NCBI RefSeq assembly: GCF_001652585.1
Contig: NZ_LWLG01000001.1
Span: forward strand, 270,001 to 302,000
Direction: 5' to 3'
DNA from: Thermosulfurimonas dismutans
GTDB taxonomy: Bacteria; Desulfobacterota; Thermodesulfobacteria; Thermodesulfobacteriales; Thermodesulfobacteriaceae
Length of the DNA: 32,000 bases
Of the stretch, positions 29,737 through 32,000 are shown piece by piece. A program made the position numbers and the translations under genes. How positions within the stretch are numbered: the first letter of the stretch is position 1; each line of letters begins with the position of its first letter. Under the pieces are notes generated by a model. That model was given only the letters and a program-made list of their open reading frames with translations, made no database searches and was not told where the DNA came from.

Positions 29737-31182
29737 ATGGGACAAACGGTTTTAGAGCTTGAAGGCGGATACCAGCTTAAGACTTCTCCTGATGGAATGG
29801 AGGCCTGGATAGAGGTTCCTCCAGGGACAACCTTTAAAGATTTTTCTCGTCTAAAAGAACAATTGGAGTCTTTGGGCTTACAAAACCTTTTGGATCCTCC
29901 GATCCTCGAAGAAGGTCGTCTGATAGTGGCCCGAGGAAAACCGCCTCAGGACGGGGAGGATGGGAGGATAGAGTTTTTGGTAGATTTTTCCCAGGGTCCC
30001 CGAGAGATTTCTCCCCACCGCGTAGATTGGCGAGAGGTAAACGCCTTGGTTTCTGTGCCAGCTGGGACTCCGGTGGCCAGGGTCTTGCCGCCTTCACCTG
30101 GTATCCCCGGGCTTACGGTTTGGGGAGAACCTGTGCCTCCCAAACCCGGGAAAAAGGTGCATATCAAGATCGAATCCCGAGCGGAAGATAAAGATATAGA
30201 AGCTATAGAAAAGGAACTTAGAGAGCTTGAACAGGAGAAGGTTCGGGCAGACTTGATTTTGGGGCCGGGGCTGAAATACGAAATCAAAGAAGGACTAATT
30301 GTAGCTCGGGAGGGAGGTTTTCTAGAACTAAAGGAGCGTCGTCTCCGTCTGTATTCGGTTTACACCTTGGAAGGAGATGTGGACTGGAATACCGGAAACA
30401 TATACTTTCACGGGAAGAAACTGACAATCAATGGCTCGGTGAAGAGAGGTTTTAAAGTGGAATCTCAAGGGGATCTGGAGATTAAAGGGGATATAGAGGA
30501 TGGAGCCGCGATCAGAGCCGAAGGAGCCTTATTTATTTTCGGGATTATCAAGGGCGAACGCATTGAAATTTTTGCCGGCCGGGAGGCGATCCTAAACATT
30601 GTAGAATACGCTACCCTGAAGGTAAAAGGCAATCTAAACGTTACCGGCTACCTGCTCCAGGTCCGGGCTATTGTGGGGGGGATGCTTTCTGTTATCGGAG
30701 AAAAGGGGATCATTGGCGGAGAGATTTATACCGAGGGCTCGGCCACCGTAAGCGTGGTCGGAAGTTCAGCTTTCGTAAGGACTTTGATAAAAGTAGGTTA
30801 TAGTTACGAAGTGGCTGAAGAAGTAGAAAGGCTTGAGAAGGAGTTTTCTAAACTAGATGAAGCCACTGATAAACTGAAGGATCTTTTGGTTAAAGGGATA
30901 AGGTTGGCCAAGGCTGGCAAACTTAGTCCAGAGAAAAAGGAAATGCTCAAACAGTTGCACGCCTTTTTAAAGAAAAAGATCATCGAAATGGCCGATATCA
31001 AGGAAAAAATAAAAAGTCTCGAAGAGCATATAGACAAGGGAGAATATGCCATTTTACAAATTACCGTAAAGGCCTATCCCAATGTAATCGTAGGTATAGG
31101 CAAATACTCTATGCTTTTAAAAAAGGAGCATGGTCCGGGTATATTTTGTTTACAAGGCAAGAAAATAGTATTCAGGGGGTAA
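29737..31182 (+). CDS. FapA-family (DUF342) protein
   Basis: N-terminal SPDGMEAWIEVPPG-type domain. Long beta-helix-like repeats (GNIYFHGKKLTINGSVKRGFKVESQGDLEIKGDIEDGAAIRAEGALFIFGII...). C-terminal coiled coil (EEVERLEKEFSKLDEATDKLKDL...KEKIKSLEE), then a short beta tail. ATG 29737 lies 10 nt after GGGAG; the track start TTG 29716 is too close to its SD. Confidence 0.75.
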   Translation: MGQTVLELEGGYQLKTSPDGMEAWIEVPPGTTFKDFSRLKEQLESLGLQNLLDPPILEEGRLIVARGKPPQDGEDGRIEFLVDFSQGPREISPHRVDWREVNALVSVPAGTPVARVLPPSPGIPGLTVWGEPVPPKPGKKVHIKIESRAEDKDIEAIEKELRELEQEKVRADLILGPGLKYEIKEGLIVAREGGFLELKERRLRLYSVYTLEGDVDWNTGNIYFHGKKLTINGSVKRGFKVESQGDLEIKGDIEDGAAIRAEGALFIFGIIKGERIEIFAGREAILNIVEYATLKVKGNLNVTGYLLQVRAIVGGMLSVIGEKGIIGGEIYTEGSATVSVVGSSAFVRTLIKVGYSYEVAEEVERLEKEFSKLDEATDKLKDLLVKGIRLAKAGKLSPEKKEMLKQLHAFLKKKIIEMADIKEKIKSLEEHIDKGEYAILQITVKAYPNVIVGIGKYSMLLKKEHGPGIFCLQGKKIVFRG

Positions 31183-31185
31183 CAT

Positions 31186-31692
31186 TTGAAAGAAAAACCT
31201 TCATTAGAACTTAAAAGACTCCGAGAGAGCCTGAATAAGGCTGTAAAAGAATTTAATCGAATTTTTGGAAAAGATGTTTCTGACACGTCCTTAGAAAAAA
31301 GTATTTCGGGGAATATAGATAGTGTCTGTTTAGATTTACTCCTTATGGAATATTTGAGGTGGAAGACGATAATGATTAAGGAGGCCTTAAAGTGCAATGA
31401 TTTTTCCCATATGTTGGAGCTGGATCATACTAAATGTTCGATCGGTCAATTTATTTTGGACTTTACCCCTCCGGATGAGACTTCAAAGAGACTGATAGAA
31501 GAAATTGCTCGGATTCACGAAAAACTACACTCGGAGTTTCGAAAATTGTCGGAGGATCTCAAGTCCGGCCAGGTGGATTGCGAGGATGTCAAAAAAAGAC
31601 TTAAGCAAAGATTATTTCCTTTATTAAATGAGCTAGTGGATCTTTTGACAGATCTTTCTAACCATCTTGAGAAACTGGAAGCTGAGAGATAG
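31186..31692 (+). CDS. stand-alone CZB (chemoreceptor zinc-binding) domain protein
   Basis: 168 aa, all-helical. LDHTKCSIGQFIL plus IARIHEKLHSEF matches the CZB His/Cys...His...His zinc motif (compare DHxxCxLGKW...H..xH). TTG start 3 nt after the FapA stop, with GGGGG 6 nt upstream. Confidence 0.6.
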   Translation: MKEKPSLELKRLRESLNKAVKEFNRIFGKDVSDTSLEKSISGNIDSVCLDLLLMEYLRWKTIMIKEALKCNDFSHMLELDHTKCSIGQFILDFTPPDETSKRLIEEIARIHEKLHSEFRKLSEDLKSGQVDCEDVKKRLKQRLFPLLNELVDLLTDLSNHLEKLEAER

Positions 31693-31719
31693 CCTTTGGG
31701 GATCGCTGTTCCCGGACAT

Positions 31720-32000
31720 ATGAAGTTTGTAGGCTCCGGGGCCCTGAACCTGGATCTTTTCTATGAGGTCCCGGATCTGACCGAACTCGAATTCGGAGGG
31801 ATAAAATTCCGGCCGGGGAGCGAGGCCTCCGGTGACCGGAAGACCTTTTACGCCCTGAGAGACTATCTCGAGGCTCGGGGACGCTTTCTGGGGGCCTCTG
31901 GTGGCGGTTCGGCGGCCAACACCATCTACGCCCTCGCTCGTTTCGGTTTTGAGACCGCCTTTATCGGGGCCGCCGGACAGGACGAGGAGGGCGAAAGAGT
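31720..32000 (+). CDS. PfkB/ribokinase-family carbohydrate kinase, N-terminal part; continues past the right edge
   Basis: ATG 31720. MKFVGSGALNLDLFYEV...LGASGGGSAANTIYALARFGFETAFIGAAGQDEEG, the typical PfkB N-terminal GG and substrate-lid region. No stop in the window. Confidence 0.8.
   Translation, partial: MKFVGSGALNLDLFYEVPDLTELEFGGIKFRPGSEASGDRKTFYALRDYLEARGRFLGASGGGSAANTIYALARFGFETAFIGAAGQDEEGER

Overview
Densely coded 32-kb chromosomal window with about 29 protein genes. I saw no rRNA, tRNA, CRISPR array, IS or transposase, or phage genes. GC looks close to 50% by eye. The Glu/Lys/Arg/Leu-rich proteins, multihaem cytochromes and Dsr-like Fe-S proteins suggest a thermophilic anaerobe, possibly Thermodesulfobacteriota-like; this is inference only and no search was run. 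Gene order: a partial multihaem cytochrome c, gyrB and dnaN on the minus strand with no dnaA or recF beside them; an AT-rich 235-bp gap; a UvrD/PcrA-type helicase; trkH-trkA; an orphan ECF/CbiO-type ABC ATPase overlapping a PilZ-like gene; a tightly coupled three-gene Fe-S module (Cys-rich Zn-ribbon protein, ferredoxin-domain protein, minimal sulfite-reductase-like protein); a CPA2 antiporter; queH; DUF2905; a second multihaem cytochrome c; a degenerate-GGDEF/EAL protein; truD-waaF-gmhB; a hybrid histidine kinase with a PhnD-like periplasmic domain; rtcB, hyuA-like, a metallophosphoesterase and a P-type ATPase in one minus-strand string; a FapA(DUF342)-CZB pair; and a partial PfkB kinase. Most of this is ordinary housekeeping. 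I found no defence island or mobile element, and nothing I can defend as a complete new multi-gene system. The observation most worth checking is a single in-frame TGA (15934-15936) that splits the second cytochrome gene and is followed by a SECIS-like hairpin. It could be selenocysteine recoding, a recent pseudogene or a sequencing error. Secondary leads are the uncharacterised Fe-S triad, the ABC-ATPase/PilZ-like pair, the FapA-CZB pair, an 18-bp perfect palindrome upstream of the cytochrome promoter, and a repeated TTTCAAC motif cluster upstream of dnaN. All family assignments rest on motifs read by eye, with no BLAST, HMM or RNA folding.
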